A DNA stretch of 64,000 nt, from NCBI GenBank assembly GCA_020851995.1, contig JADZBO010000015.1, positions 83,103 to 147,102 on the forward strand. The letters are read 5' to 3'. The notes under the pieces were generated by a model. That model searched no databases and was not told where the DNA came from. It saw nothing but the letters and a program-made list of their open reading frames with translations. Below, piece by piece: positions 49,072 through 60,229 of this stretch (positions are counted from its first letter, which is position 1; each line of letters opens with the position of its first letter). The stretch is from Burkholderiaceae bacterium (GTDB taxonomy: Bacteria; Pseudomonadota; Gammaproteobacteria; Burkholderiales; Burkholderiaceae_B). A program made the position numbers and the translations under genes.

Positions 49072-51438
49072 ATGTCTTATGTGGTTTCGTTCGAGCAACT
49101 CCGCATGACGGATGTCGACTCGGTAGGGGGTAAGAACGCTTCTTTGGGTGAGATGATCAGTCAGCTGTCTGACGCGGGGGTTCGCGTCCCGGGCGGCTTT
49201 GCGACAACTGCCCAGGCTTTTCGCGACTTCCTTTCCGCGACCGCGCTTGATCGCAAGATCGCCGATCGTCTCTCAACGCTTAATCCGGACGATGTCCGGG
49301 AACTCGCCGTCGCGGGTGGGCAGATCCGCCAGTGGATCATCGACACGCCGCTGCCGCAACGCCTGCAGGACGAAATCCACGAGGCCTTCAAGGTGCTGGA
49401 CGCCGATGGCAAGGGATCGTTTGCCGTGCGGTCCTCCGCGACTGCCGAGGATCTTCCGGATGCATCCTTCGCCGGCCAGCAGGAAACCTTCCTCAATGTG
49501 GTTGGTTTTGAGGATGTGATCGAAAAGATCCATCACGTATTCGCTTCGCTCTACAACGATCGCGCGATTTCCTACCGCGTCCACAAGGGATATTCCCATG
49601 GGGATGTCGCGCTGTCGGCCGGCATTCAGCGCATGGTGCGCTCGGACAAGGGGAGCGCGGGCGTGATGTTCACCCTCGACACCGAATCCGGCTTTCAGGA
49701 TGTGGTCTTCATCACTTCGTCCTACGGTTTGGGCGAGACCGTTGTGCAGGGCGCGGTCAATCCGGACGAGTTTTTCGTCTTCAAACCGACGCTTGCGGCA
49801 GGGTATTTTCCAATTGTCAGCCGCCGTATCGGTTCCAAGCTGATCAAAATGGAATTCGACCCCGAGCGTCCGGAGGGTCGTGCGGTACGTACGGTCGATG
49901 TGCCGGTTTCCGAGCGCAACCGCTATTCGCTCACCGACGACGAGGTCATTGAACTCGCGCGCTATGCCGTGATCATCGAGAAGCACTACCAGCGTCCCAT
50001 GGATATCGAGTGGGGTCGCGATGGTATCGACGGAAAAATCTACATTCTCCAGGCCCGCCCGGAAACGGTGAAATCCCAGCAAGGGCATGGCGATGTGCAG
50101 CAACGCTATCGCCTGAAGGCGACCGGCAAGGTATTGATTACCGGCCGTGCGATCGGTCAGAAGATCGGTGCGGGTCCCGTGCGGGTCGTGGGCGACCTTT
50201 CCGACATGGACAAAGTGTTGGCGGGCGACGTTCTGGTGACCGACATGACCGATCCTAACTGGGAGCCTGTGATGAAGCGGGCTTCGGCGATCGTCACCAA
50301 CCGTGGCGGTCGCACCTGCCACGCGGCCATCATTGCGCGCGAACTCGGCATTCCTGCCGTTGTAGGGTGTGGCGACGCCACCGATGTTCTCAGGGAAGGG
50401 CAGCAGGTGACCGTTTCCTGCGCCGAGGGCGACGAAGGTCGCATTTACGATGGATTGATCGAGACCGAGGTCGAGGAAGTACATCGCGGGGTGATGCCCG
50501 AGATTGGTCTGAAGATCATGATGAACGTCGGCAACCCCCAGCTTGCGTTTGATTTTTCACAGATCCCCAATAGTGGCGTGGGCCTGGCCCGGCTTGAATT
50601 CATCATCAATAACAATATCGGCATTCACCCGAAAGCCGTGCTTGATTACCCGAACGTCGACAGCGAACTGAAGGTGGCGGTTGAATCCGCAGCGCGCGGG
50701 CACGCCAGTCCGAGAGCGTTTTTTGTTGAAAAGCTTGCAGACGGAATCGCAACGATCGGCGCGGCGTTCTATCCCAAGCCCGTGATCGTGCGATTGTCGG
50801 ATTTCAAGTCCAACGAATATCGCAAGCTGGTTGGCGGTTCGCGCTACGAACCCGAAGAAGAGAACCCGATGCTGGGTTTTCGCGGCGCGTCGCGCTACAT
50901 CTCCGCGGATTTCGCCGAATGTTTCCGCATGGAATGCGAAGCGCTCAAACGCGTGCGCAACGACATGGGGTTGACGAATGTCGAGATCATGGTGCCGTTC
51001 GTGCGCACTGTGCAACAGGCGGCTCGCGTGGTTTCGCTGCTGGCCGAAAACGGCCTGTCGCGGGGTCAGAACGGACTGCGTCTGGTGATGATGTGCGAAG
51101 TGCCCTCCAACGCAATCCTGGCCGATGAATTCCTGCAGTATTTCGATGGGTTCTCGATCGGGTCGAACGACATGACCCAACTGACGCTGGGTCTGGATCG
51201 TGACTCGGGCATGGAACTGCTCGCGCTGGATTTCGACGAGCGCGACGACGCCGTGAAGTTCATGCTTCGCCGTGCGATTCAGGCTTGTCTGAAGGCTGGC
51301 AAATATGTTGGAATTTGCGGTCAGGGACCCAGCGATCACGCCGATTTTGCCGAGTGGTTGCGTGATGAGGGAATTCTCTCGATGTCGCTCAACCCCGACA
51401 CCGTGGTCGACACCTGGCAACGCCTGGCCGGCAAATAA
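49072..51438 (+). CDS. ppsA: Phosphoenolpyruvate synthase
   Basis: [52 protein letters not shown]. Confidence 0.98.
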   Translation: MSYVVSFEQLRMTDVDSVGGKNASLGEMISQLSDAGVRVPGGFATTAQAFRDFLSATALDRKIADRLSTLNPDDVRELAVAGGQIRQWIIDTPLPQRLQDEIHEAFKVLDADGKGSFAVRSSATAEDLPDASFAGQQETFLNVVGFEDVIEKIHHVFASLYNDRAISYRVHKGYSHGDVALSAGIQRMVRSDKGSAGVMFTLDTESGFQDVVFITSSYGLGETVVQGAVNPDEFFVFKPTLAAGYFPIVSRRIGSKLIKMEFDPERPEGRAVRTVDVPVSERNRYSLTDDEVIELARYAVIIEKHYQRPMDIEWGRDGIDGKIYILQARPETVKSQQGHGDVQQRYRLKATGKVLITGRAIGQKIGAGPVRVVGDLSDMDKVLAGDVLVTDMTDPNWEPVMKRASAIVTNRGGRTCHAAIIARELGIPAVVGCGDATDVLREGQQVTVSCAEGDEGRIYDGLIETEVEEVHRGVMPEIGLKIMMNVGNPQLAFDFSQIPNSGVGLARLEFIINNNIGIHPKAVLDYPNVDSELKVAVESAARGHASPRAFFVEKLADGIATIGAAFYPKPVIVRLSDFKSNEYRKLVGGSRYEPEEENPMLGFRGASRYISADFAECFRMECEALKRVRNDMGLTNVEIMVPFVRTVQQAARVVSLLAENGLSRGQNGLRLVMMCEVPSNAILADEFLQYFDGFSIGSNDMTQLTLGLDRDSGMELLALDFDERDDAVKFMLRRAIQACLKAGKYVGICGQGPSDHADFAEWLRDEGILSMSLNPDTVVDTWQRLAGK

Positions 51439-51465
51439 GCCGCATTCTCAAGCTGGAGTTTTCAC

Positions 51466-52440
51466 GTGCGCGCACTGCTTTGCAAGGAATGGGGGCCTCC
51501 GGAGGCACTGACGGTCGAGAACTTGCCCGACCCGGTTGCCGGGTCGGGCGAGGTGGTCATTGAGGTCAGAGCGGCCGGGGTCAACTTCCCGGATGTGCTG
51601 GTTGTGCAGAACAAGTACCAGTACAAACCGCAGCTTCCTTTCTCGCCCGGCAACGACATGGCGGGTATTGTCGCGGCGGTCGGGGAGGGTGTCACGGATA
51701 TCCGGGTGGGTGACCGGGTCATCGCCTCCTATCTTCATGGCGCCTTTGCGACCCATGCCGTGGTACCTGCCAAGGCGGTCATGCCCATGCCCGAAGGCCT
51801 CGATTTCGATGTCGCCGCCGGGTTCCTGATGACCTACGGGACGTCCTATCATGCCTTGGTTGACCGAGCGCAGCTTCTCGCGGGGGAAACCCTGCTGGTG
51901 CTTGGCGCGGCCGGTGGTGTGGGACTTGCGGCAGTCGAGATCGGTCATGCGCTGGGCGCACGGGTGATTGCCTGCGCGTCATCCGATGACAAGTTGACGG
52001 CGTGCCGCCAGAGTGGCGCGGATGTACTGATTAACTACACCCAGCCAGACTTCCGGGATCAGGTCAAACAGGCGACGGGTGGTCGCGGCGCCGATGTGAT
52101 CTATGACGCAGTGGGCGGCGATTTTTCAGAAGCGGCTTTCCGATCCATCGCCTGGAAGGGCAGACACCTGATTGTCGGGTTCGCAAGCGGCACAATCCCA
52201 AAGATTCCGATGAATTTGCCACTACTCAAGAACGCCTCGATCGTTGGCGTTTTCTGGGGCGAATTCAAGGTCCGCGAGCGTGAAGCGAACGCAAGGAACT
52301 TTGAACAGGTAGTGGCCTGGATCCGGGAGGGAAAGATCAAGCCGTTTATCTCGCGCCGCTATCGTCTTGACGAAGCTGCGCAAGCGCTTTGCGACATGGG
52401 GAGTCGCAAAGTGATCGGGAAAGTCGTGATCAATCCCTAG
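51466..52440 (+). CDS. NADPH:quinone oxidoreductase family (MDR) protein
   Basis: [41 protein letters not shown]. Confidence 0.92.
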   Translation: MRALLCKEWGPPEALTVENLPDPVAGSGEVVIEVRAAGVNFPDVLVVQNKYQYKPQLPFSPGNDMAGIVAAVGEGVTDIRVGDRVIASYLHGAFATHAVVPAKAVMPMPEGLDFDVAAGFLMTYGTSYHALVDRAQLLAGETLLVLGAAGGVGLAAVEIGHALGARVIACASSDDKLTACRQSGADVLINYTQPDFRDQVKQATGGRGADVIYDAVGGDFSEAAFRSIAWKGRHLIVGFASGTIPKIPMNLPLLKNASIVGVFWGEFKVREREANARNFEQVVAWIREGKIKPFISRRYRLDEAAQALCDMGSRKVIGKVVINP

Positions 52441-52891
52441 CGCTGCGGGTATCGTGCTTCATGAGGCGTTCTTTCTCGCGGGCCCAGTCGCGATCCTGCA
52501 TGGCATCGCGTTTATCGTGAAGCTTCTTACCCCGGCCCAGGCCGAAGTCGAGTTTGATTCTGCCGTTTTTGTAGTGCAGGTTGATCGGCACGAGCGCGTA
52601 CCCCCGTTGCTCGACCTTGCCGATCAGTTTGCTGATTTCCTCGGCTTTGAGCAGCAGTTTGCGCGTGCGGGTTGAGTCGGGGAGGATATGGGTCGAGGCC
52701 GAAGCCAGCGGACTGATGTGCATGCCAACCAGCCATATCGCGCCATCCAGCACGACGACATAGGCCTCCTTGATCTGCGCACGACCGGCGCGGATGGCTT
52801 TAACTTCCCAGCCTTGCAGAACCAACCCGGCCTCGAAGCGTTCTTCGATAAAGTAGTCGTGCGTGGCCTTGCGGTTTTCAATAATGCTCAT
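52430..52891 (-). CDS. smpB: SsrA-binding protein
   Basis: [39 protein letters not shown]. Confidence 0.98.
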   Translation of the reverse strand: MSIIENRKATHDYFIEERFEAGLVLQGWEVKAIRAGRAQIKEAYVVVLDGAIWLVGMHISPLASASTHILPDSTRTRKLLLKAEEISKLIGKVEQRGYALVPINLHYKNGRIKLDFGLGRGKKLHDKRDAMQDRDWAREKERLMKHDTRSARD

Positions 52892-52955
52892 GCGTTGGCA
52901 ACTTCCCGGGTAACTACCGGTAAAATTCATCCATTCTATCCATTTGCGTGCCGCC

Positions 52956-53390
52956 ATGCATTCCGTAGAGCGAACCGTCCTCCTCCCGTACAGTGCCGCC
53001 CAGATGTTCGATCTGGTGGCCGATGTCGAAAAATACCCCCAATTCATGCCGTGGTGCGGTGGCGCCAGTGTGGCGGACAGCGACGTCAACGGCATGCTGG
53101 CATCGATCACGATTTCGTTCGCTGGCATCAAGCAAACGTTTACCACCCGAAATCGCCATACCTATCCGACACGCATTCAACTCGCCCTTGTCGATGGCCC
53201 GTTCTCCTCGCTTGAGGGCGACTGGCGCTTCATGGCGCTCGCCTCGGATGCGTGCAAGGTCATTTTTACCCTGAACTACGAATTTTCGAGCCGAGCGCTC
53301 GAGGCCGTGGTAGGGCCGGTGTTCAACCGGGTCGCCAGCAGTTTTATCGATTCGTTCACCAAGCGAGCGCAGGCCTGTTATGGCGAATGA
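52956..53390 (+). CDS. ratA: RatA/Coq10 START-domain protein
   Basis: [32 protein letters not shown]; divergent from smpB. Confidence 0.93.
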   Translation: MHSVERTVLLPYSAAQMFDLVADVEKYPQFMPWCGGASVADSDVNGMLASITISFAGIKQTFTTRNRHTYPTRIQLALVDGPFSSLEGDWRFMALASDACKVIFTLNYEFSSRALEAVVGPVFNRVASSFIDSFTKRAQACYGE

Positions 53391-53775
53391 TGCCGCTCGG
53401 GAAGAACGGTCAGCCGCATCGTGCAACGTTTCAGAGGATGGGGCCGCAACCCTGTCGGTATCCGTCTGTTTTGCGGCACCGGATCGTATCTGGATGGTTC
53501 CCTTGCGACTTCACGTCGGATCAAACGTGATGGATGCGATTGAAGCCAGCAGATTGACGCAACAGGTCAATGACCACAATCTGGCGCAGGCAGCGGTCGG
53601 TATATTTGGCAAACGCGTTGCCCGCACCCGCAAACTCGCGGATGGCGATCGGGTGGAAATCTATCGCACCCTGACATTTGACCCCAAGGATTCACGCCGG
53701 CGACGCGCACAGCACCGCCAGCGCTTTCGACGCATCGATTCCGATGCGATCGCTCGGCGCGTTGCAAGATCCTGA
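53380..53775 (+). CDS. rnfH: RnfH/RatB ubiquitin-like protein
   Basis: VGIFGK, DGDRVEIYRTL..DPKDSRRRRA. Confidence 0.9.
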   Translation: MANDAAREERSAASCNVSEDGAATLSVSVCFAAPDRIWMVPLRLHVGSNVMDAIEASRLTQQVNDHNLAQAAVGIFGKRVARTRKLADGDRVEIYRTLTFDPKDSRRRRAQHRQRFRRIDSDAIARRVARS

Positions 53776-53862
53776 TGCATCGATTCCGATGGGATCGCTC
53801 CGCGCGTTGCAAGATCCTGATGCATCGATAGTCCCGGCAGGTCTTGATCGTTGCAGAATCAA
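53729..53862. repeat. 45-nt tandem array (2 near-identical copies plus 1 degenerate) spanning the rnfH stop
   Basis: Units at 53729 and 53774 match at 42/45; the third keeps gatgcatcgat and cgttgca..atc. Confidence 0.88.
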
Positions 53863-53965
53863 CGGTCGTCCCTGCAAAACTGCGCGTCCCTGATGCAATG
53901 CGCGCAGAGCGCCTGATTGTCGGCTGACTGACAAACTGACCACACACCGCATCGTAAGATGTTAC

Positions 53966-53983
53966 CTTTACGTTAACGTTAAG
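53966..53983. promoter_or_regulatory. LiuR-type operator
   Basis: CTTTACGTTAACGTTAAG versus LiuR consensus sTTTACGTwwACGTAAAs (one mismatch), 41 nt upstream of the acyl-CoA dehydrogenase start. Confidence 0.8.
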
Positions 53984-54024
53984 CGACCCAGGACACGCTG
54001 GGCGGTACGTGAGGGAGACCCAAT

Positions 54025-55179
54025 ATGGACATGGAACTGAGCGACGAGCAACTGGCTTTCGCGCAGGCGGCCCGCGAATTCGCACAGGGCGAACTTGCAC
54101 CCAATGCGGCGCGCTGGGATCAGGAGGGGATCTTCCCGATCGAAGCATTCCATAAAGCCGGAGAGATGGGCTTCTGCGCCATCTACGCCAGCGAAGACAT
54201 CGGGGGTTTGGGGCTCCCCCGACTGGACGCGACGCTGGTCTTCGAGGAGATGGCCGCGGTCGATCCGTCGACGACGGCGTTTCTGACCATCCACAACATG
54301 GCGACCTGGATGATTGGCAATTGGGCAACCGAGTCGGTGCGAACGCACTGGGGGCCGTTATTGACGACGGGCAGTCAACTGGCTTCCTATGCCCTGACCG
54401 AACCCGGCGCCGGCTCCGACGCAGCCTCGCTCACCACGCGCGCCGAGCGTCAAGGCGATCATTACATTCTGAACGGCGCGAAGGCGTTCATTTCGGGTGC
54501 GGGTGACACCGATGTTCTGGTGGTCATGGCGCGCACGGGTGGCGGTGGGGCAGGCGGCGTGTCGGCGTTCGTGGTTCCGGCACGACTTCCGGGAATTACC
54601 TACGGTCGGAAGGAAAACAAGATGGGGTGGAACAGCCAGAGCACCCGTCCCATCGTGTTCGAGAATGTGCGCGTACCGGCGGATCACCTGTTGGGCGAGG
54701 AGGGCGAAGGTTTCAAGTTCGCCATGCGCGGACTCGACGGAGGGCGTATCAACATCGCCACCTGCTCGGTGGGGGCGGCGCAAGGCGCACTGGACGCCGC
54801 GCGCACCTACATGGGCGAGCGCAAGCAATTCAATCAGGTGCTGGCAAGCTTTCAGGCGCTGCAGTTCAAGTATGCCGACATGGCGACCCATACCGTGGCC
54901 GCACGTGCGATGGTGCGTCTTGCCGCCTGCAAACTTGACAGCGGCTCGCCCGATGCGTCAACGTATTGCGCGATGGCCAAACGCCTCGCGACTGATCTGG
55001 GCTTCCAGGTTTGCCTTGACGCCCAGCAACTGCACGGCGGTTATGGCTACCTGAAGGATTACCCCCTGGAGCGACTGGTACGCGATTCACGTGTTCACCA
55101 GATCCTTGAGGGCACCAACGAAATCATGCGGGTGATCATCGCCCGCCAACTGCTTGAAAAAGGCGCGAACATACGATGA
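54025..55179 (+). CDS. Acyl-CoA dehydrogenase (isobutyryl-CoA dehydrogenase-like)
   Basis: YALTEPGAGSDAA, NGAKAFISG, LDGGRINIATCSVG, HGGYGYL, QILEGTNEIMR. Confidence 0.93.
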   Translation: MDMELSDEQLAFAQAAREFAQGELAPNAARWDQEGIFPIEAFHKAGEMGFCAIYASEDIGGLGLPRLDATLVFEEMAAVDPSTTAFLTIHNMATWMIGNWATESVRTHWGPLLTTGSQLASYALTEPGAGSDAASLTTRAERQGDHYILNGAKAFISGAGDTDVLVVMARTGGGGAGGVSAFVVPARLPGITYGRKENKMGWNSQSTRPIVFENVRVPADHLLGEEGEGFKFAMRGLDGGRINIATCSVGAAQGALDAARTYMGERKQFNQVLASFQALQFKYADMATHTVAARAMVRLAACKLDSGSPDASTYCAMAKRLATDLGFQVCLDAQQLHGGYGYLKDYPLERLVRDSRVHQILEGTNEIMRVIIARQLLEKGANIR

Positions 55180-56366
55180 GTGACGCAGCGAACGACGTGG
55201 TTCTTTTTGAGGAAATCCGGTGTGCGAACGGCACCCGCATCGGCATTGCCACGTTGAATTCCCCCAAGACGCTTAATGCCCTTTCGTACGAAATGACGCT
55301 CCTGCTGGCCAAACGCATGGAAGTCTGGGCACGCGATTCCGATGTTGCGGCGGTGGTCCTGCGCGGCACCGGTGACCGCGCATTCTGCGCGGGCGGCGAT
55401 CTGCACAGCATGTATCGCAGCATGACCGAGAATGCCGGTAAAGTGTTCGGGGCGGACTCGTTTCCGGGTCAGTTCTTCACGCACGAGTATGCGCTGGATT
55501 ACCGGATTCACACCTTTCCCAAGCCAGTGATGGTTTGGGGCAATGGCATCGTCATGGGCGGCGGAATGGGGCTCATGATGGGTGCGAGCCACCGCGTAGT
55601 GACCGATACGACCCGTGCGGCGATGCCGGAAATCACGATTGGCTTGTTCCCGGATGTGGGCGGATCCTGGCTGCTGAACCGTATGCCTGGCAAGGCCGGT
55701 CTTTTCCTGGGATTGACCGGCGCACAGATCGGCGCGGCTGACGCGCTCTTTACCGGAATGGCAGACTACAACCTGCCCAGCAACAGTTGGGAGCAGATTG
55801 TCGCCAGCCTTGCGGCCCAGTCGTGGGAACGCGATATCCCGGGACACGCGGAGGGATCGCCCGAGCAGCAAAAGGTCCTTCTCGCCAACAACGATCTGCT
55901 GGATGAATTGCTGCTTGCGCTGGCGGTGGACCCGACACCGGCGATTGGCACGCTTCAGCAACACATGCTGCTGATCCAACGTCTATGCGCCGGCTCCGAC
56001 CTTGACAAGATTGTCAGCCGGATTCTGGCACAGGCTGATAGCGAGGATGCGTGGATGCAGCGTGCAGCCAAAACACTGCAGGCTGGGTCACCCGGATCGG
56101 CACGCCTGACCTATACGCTGCTTGAACGCACCCGCCACGTGTCGCTCGCCGAGGTCTATCGCATTGAACTGGTTGCGGGGCTGGCTGCCGCTGGCCACGG
56201 CGACTTCTGCGAGGGTATCCGTGCCCTGCTGATCGATAAAGACAAGAAACCACGCTGGAATCCGGCCCGGATTCAGGACGCGACGCCCGCGTGGGTCGAG
56301 AAATTCTTCACCGCACCCTTCGCGCCGCAGGACAATCCCCTCAGACAACTCGGAGAATCAGCATGA
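55176..56366 (+). CDS. Crotonase family, 3-hydroxyisobutyryl-CoA hydrolase-like
   Basis: AFCAGGD, GIVMGGG, MPEITIGLFPDVG, DFCEGIRALLIDKDKKPRW. Confidence 0.92.
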   Translation: MSDAANDVVLFEEIRCANGTRIGIATLNSPKTLNALSYEMTLLLAKRMEVWARDSDVAAVVLRGTGDRAFCAGGDLHSMYRSMTENAGKVFGADSFPGQFFTHEYALDYRIHTFPKPVMVWGNGIVMGGGMGLMMGASHRVVTDTTRAAMPEITIGLFPDVGGSWLLNRMPGKAGLFLGLTGAQIGAADALFTGMADYNLPSNSWEQIVASLAAQSWERDIPGHAEGSPEQQKVLLANNDLLDELLLALAVDPTPAIGTLQQHMLLIQRLCAGSDLDKIVSRILAQADSEDAWMQRAAKTLQAGSPGSARLTYTLLERTRHVSLAEVYRIELVAGLAAAGHGDFCEGIRALLIDKDKKPRWNPARIQDATPAWVEKFFTAPFAPQDNPLRQLGESA

Positions 56367-57250
56367 AAAAGATCGCCTTCATCGGACTTGGCAACATGGG
56401 CGCGCCAATGGCGCTCAACCTCGTCAAGGCCGGAAACGAGGTCGCCGTCTTCGATCTGGTCAGCGCTGCCATGGATCCCGTCGTCGAGGCTGGCGCGCGC
56501 GGCGCCCTGAGTGCGGCGGATGCCGTCGCAGGAGCGCAAGTCGTCATATCGATGCTCCCCGCGAGCCAACACGTGGAGTCGCTCTACCTGGGCGACGACG
56601 GGCTGCTTGCCCGAATCGCGGACGGCGCGCTGGTCATCGATTGCAGCACGATCGCGCCGCAGTCGGCTCGCAAGGTCGCTCAAGCGGCTCTCGCGCGCGG
56701 ACTGGAGATGGTGGATGCGCCCGTATCTGGTGGCACGGGTGGCGCGATTGCCGGCACACTGACCTTCATCGTGGGCGGCGAGGACGCAGTCTTTGAGCGC
56801 GCACGGCCGATACTTGCGCTCATGGGAAAAAATATTTTCCACGCTGGCGCAGCCGGTGCCGGCCAAGTTGCGAAAATCGCCAACAACATGATGCTGGGGA
56901 TCCAGATGGCGGGTGCCGCCGAGGCCCTCGCGCTCGGTGTAGCCAATGGCCTTGATCCCGCAGTGTTGTCGGACATCATCAGCAAGAGTTCCGGTCGCAA
57001 CTGGGCGTTTGAACTCTATAACCCATGGCCCGGCGTCATGGAGTCGGCTCCTGCAGCGCGTGGCTATGCGGGTGGGTTCGGCGTGGATCTCATGCTTAAG
57101 GACCTGGGTCTCGCGGCCGAAGCGGCGATGGGCTCGCGTGCCGTCGTGCCGCTGGGCGAACTCGCACGTAACCTGTACGCACTCCATAGCGCTCAGGGCA
57201 ACGGCAAGCTTGATTTTTCGAGCATCGTCAATCTGATCCGCAAGGGCTAG
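56363..57250 (+). CDS. mmsB: 3-hydroxyisobutyrate dehydrogenase
   Basis: FIGLGNMGAPMA, DAPVSGG, KIANNM, YAGGFGVDLMLKDLGLA. Confidence 0.95.
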   Translation: MKKIAFIGLGNMGAPMALNLVKAGNEVAVFDLVSAAMDPVVEAGARGALSAADAVAGAQVVISMLPASQHVESLYLGDDGLLARIADGALVIDCSTIAPQSARKVAQAALARGLEMVDAPVSGGTGGAIAGTLTFIVGGEDAVFERARPILALMGKNIFHAGAAGAGQVAKIANNMMLGIQMAGAAEALALGVANGLDPAVLSDIISKSSGRNWAFELYNPWPGVMESAPAARGYAGGFGVDLMLKDLGLAAEAAMGSRAVVPLGELARNLYALHSAQGNGKLDFSSIVNLIRKG

Positions 57251-57254
57251 CGCA

Positions 57255-57314
57255 GTGTTCAACGCGATCAGGCACTTAAAACTGTGCCTTTTGGGCCACG
57301 GCGGCGTTGAACAC
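57255..57314. terminator. Nested hairpin (probable bidirectional terminator) between mmsB and ygfZ
   Basis: Outer gtgttcaacgc/gcgttgaacac 11 bp; inner aggcac/gtgcct followed by ttt. Confidence 0.65.
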
Positions 57315-57318
57315 CAAA

Positions 57319-58344
57319 CTAGGCGGTTCGGGGAGCGGGACGTGTGTCGTAGGGGAGTGTGCGCAGCGCGATGGCCGGCCCGTCGGGACTGACAGCGCGC
57401 AGCGATCCGTGCGACAGCGCGTCGAATGTGGACTCGAAAAGGATCGCCGTGAAGCCATCGGCCGTCGCCACGTTGACAATGCGTCCGCAAGGCTGATTCG
57501 GGGCGCTCGCGTCGAACACATCGGCGGCGGGGGACACCCCGGGGGCAGCGCCGCCCTCCAGCCTGCCGAGGGCCATCCGTCGCTTGAGCGTGCCGCGATA
57601 GTGACTGCGCGCCACGATTTCCTGCCCCGGATAGCAGCCCTTGGTGAAACTGACTCCGTCGATCAGGTCCAGATTGACGGTCTGGGGAATGAACAAATCC
57701 TGCGTCTCAGCCAGAATCCAGGGCAAACCGGCCTCAATGTCCTCTACCTGCCAGCGGTCGGGATTGCCCGGCAACAAATGCGCGGCCAGGGCTTCACCGG
57801 CGTGACGGTCGGTTTGAGGCGCCACGCACCACCAGCGTCGCGCCGATGTGCCAGGTGCGGCGATCCAGGTGCCCGTGGCGTGCGACAACACATGCCAGGG
57901 CGATTGCGGCAAGGATGCGCCAAGTGCTGTCTCGAGTGCGGCATTTTGTGCAGCCTCGCACTCGATACCCACAACCTCGAGTGGCAGCAGTGCCAGCTTT
58001 GCCTTGGCGCGCAGCACGAACATACTGAGTCTCTTGACCAGCGCTGCTGCGATATCCGCACGCACGATGGCGCGCAGGACCGGAATATCCGGGGTTGGGC
58101 TCTGTGGTTCGCGCCAGACGACCAAAGTCGCGAGCAACCGACCCTGGGCTGTGCAGTAGCCCGCCAGTCGTGCCTGCCCGGCTGGTGCGCCGGCGATGTC
58201 GTTGGTGACCTGGCCTTGAAGAAAGCTGATGGCATCGGCGCCGGCGATTTCAAGAACTGTGAACTGCTCAAGCGCGCAGGCGCGCGCCAGTCCGGTTACC
58301 GGAGTGTTGTCGCCGGTGGCGATGCGGGCGAGTACGGGGTGCAT
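57319..58344 (-). CDS. ygfZ: Folate-binding Fe-S repair protein YgfZ
   Basis: FLQGQVTND, YCTAQGRLLA, VSFTKGCYPGQEIVAR. Confidence 0.96.
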   Translation of the reverse strand: MHPVLARIATGDNTPVTGLARACALEQFTVLEIAGADAISFLQGQVTNDIAGAPAGQARLAGYCTAQGRLLATLVVWREPQSPTPDIPVLRAIVRADIAAALVKRLSMFVLRAKAKLALLPLEVVGIECEAAQNAALETALGASLPQSPWHVLSHATGTWIAAPGTSARRWWCVAPQTDRHAGEALAAHLLPGNPDRWQVEDIEAGLPWILAETQDLFIPQTVNLDLIDGVSFTKGCYPGQEIVARSHYRGTLKRRMALGRLEGGAAPGVSPAADVFDASAPNQPCGRIVNVATADGFTAILFESTFDALSHGSLRAVSPDGPAIALRTLPYDTRPAPRTA

Positions 58345-58583
58345 AGGGGCTGAGGTGGTTAAAAGCGGTTGGCAATCCAAGCGGTTGGCTATCCAGATGG
58401 AGCGCACGAGTGGTACATGAGGGCTTCATCATAGCAATGCGGCTGGGCAAACAACCGAATGTCCATGCTCGCCGGGATTAAATCGTCCACCAGCAACATC
58501 GCGATCCGGCGACGATAGTTCGCCGGATTCTTCCGGCAGTGTTTCCATTCATCCGGCGGGGATTCCATTAAACTGGCACCGGC

Positions 58584-59594
58584 ATGAATTTTCTCTATCG
58601 TCTTTTCCTCTACCTCGTCCTGCCGATCGCACTGACCATCGCGGCGGTCGTGGGGTCGGCATACCACTGGGCGCACGGTGCGGTCACGCTTCCAGCGCCC
58701 TACGTCGATGTGCTGGTTCCGCCCGGTGCGACTGCCGCATCGATCGCGCGCTTGCTCGGGCAGTCGGGCGTGCAGATCAATCCCCGTTTTTTTTCCTGGC
58801 TTGCCCGCTTCGGAGGCTTTGACACGAAACTCAAGGCGGGTGGCTATCAGGTTGTTCAGGGCGACACTCCCTGGACAGTGCTTCGTCGCATGGCGATGGG
58901 CGACATGACACAACGGCAAGTGACCTTGGTTGAAGGCTGGAACCTGCGTCAGATCCGTGCAGCGCTCGCGCAACATCCGGACATTCGTCACACACTGGAT
59001 CAGATCACGGATGCGCAGCTTGCCGAACGCCTCGGTGCAAATTCAACTTTCGCCGAAGGTTTATTGTTTCCGGATACATATATTTTCCCGATCGGCACGA
59101 CGGATCTCGACATCCTTCAACGCGCCTACCGCGCGCAACAGAAGGTGATGGAAAAAGTCTGGGAGCAACGCGCCGCCGATCTGCCCCTTGGATCCCCCTA
59201 TGAAGCTCTGGTGCTTGCTTCGCTCATCGAAAAGGAAACCGGCAGTCCAGCGGATCGCGCCCGCATCGCGGGCGTATTCGTGAATCGCCTGCGGGCGGGA
59301 ATGCCACTTCAAACTGATCCAACGGTCATTTACGGTATGGGCGAAGCGTATGAAGGCAAAATCCGCAAGCGCGACCTGCAGACTGACACTCCCTGGAACA
59401 CCTACACGCGAACCGGGTTGCCGCCCAGCCCGATCGCGATCGCCGGCCGGGCTTCGCTGACCGCGGCGCTGCAGCCAGAAAAACATGGTTATTATTATTT
59501 TGTCTCACGCGGCGATGGAACCAGTGCATTTGCGACCACGCTTGCGGAGCACAACAAGAATGTGTCGACCTATATCCTGGGGCGCAAGCCATGA
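58584..59594 (+). CDS. mltG: Endolytic transglycosylase MltG
   Basis: [42 protein letters not shown]. Confidence 0.97.
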   Translation: MNFLYRLFLYLVLPIALTIAAVVGSAYHWAHGAVTLPAPYVDVLVPPGATAASIARLLGQSGVQINPRFFSWLARFGGFDTKLKAGGYQVVQGDTPWTVLRRMAMGDMTQRQVTLVEGWNLRQIRAALAQHPDIRHTLDQITDAQLAERLGANSTFAEGLLFPDTYIFPIGTTDLDILQRAYRAQQKVMEKVWEQRAADLPLGSPYEALVLASLIEKETGSPADRARIAGVFVNRLRAGMPLQTDPTVIYGMGEAYEGKIRKRDLQTDTPWNTYTRTGLPPSPIAIAGRASLTAALQPEKHGYYYFVSRGDGTSAFATTLAEHNKNVSTYILGRKP

Positions 59595-60229
59595 GTGACG
59601 CGCGCGGATACTTCCTGACGCTTGAGGGCGTGGATGGCGCTGGCAAGAGCACTCACATCGAATGGCTGGTGCATGAACTGCGCGTGCGAGGAGTCGACGT
59701 GCTTTCCACCCGCGAACCAGGGGGCACGCCGGTGGGCGAAAAGCTGCGGGCGCTGTTGCTGCACGAGCCGATGCATCTGGAGTGCGAGACTCTGCTCATG
59801 TTCGCCGCGCGCGCGGAGCACGTGCACACAATCATTGCACCCGCTCTTGAGCGCGGTACCTGGGTTTTGTGCGATCGGTTCACTGATGCGACCTTCGCCT
59901 ATCAGGGCGGCGGACGCGCGCTGGGCACCGACCGCATCGCCTCACTCGAAGCATGGCTTCATCCCGCCCTGCAGCCGGATCGGACCTGGTTGTTCGATGT
60001 CCCGCTTGCGGTGGCGCGCGACCGTCTCAATCGGACGCGCGACCAGGATCGCTTCGAGCGTGAGGCCGATACGTTCTTTGAGCGCACCCGCGCTGTGTAT
60101 CTTGATCGCGCCCGTCTGGATCCGGCGCGCTTTTTAACGATCGATGCCACGCGATCAATCGAGGCAATCCGCAACGATCTCAGCGAAGATCTGGATTTGC
60201 TGGTGCAGCGCCAGTCAGGTCACCGATGA
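59591..60229 (+). CDS. tmk: Thymidylate kinase
   Basis: [32 protein letters not shown]. Confidence 0.97.
   Translation: MSDARGYFLTLEGVDGAGKSTHIEWLVHELRVRGVDVLSTREPGGTPVGEKLRALLLHEPMHLECETLLMFAARAEHVHTIIAPALERGTWVLCDRFTDATFAYQGGGRALGTDRIASLEAWLHPALQPDRTWLFDVPLAVARDRLNRTRDQDRFEREADTFFERTRAVYLDRARLDPARFLTIDATRSIEAIRNDLSEDLDLLVQRQSGHR

Noticed and set aside
49273-50484. 403-aa minus-strand ORF (also 50557-51420)
   Set aside because: Antisense shadows of ppsA.
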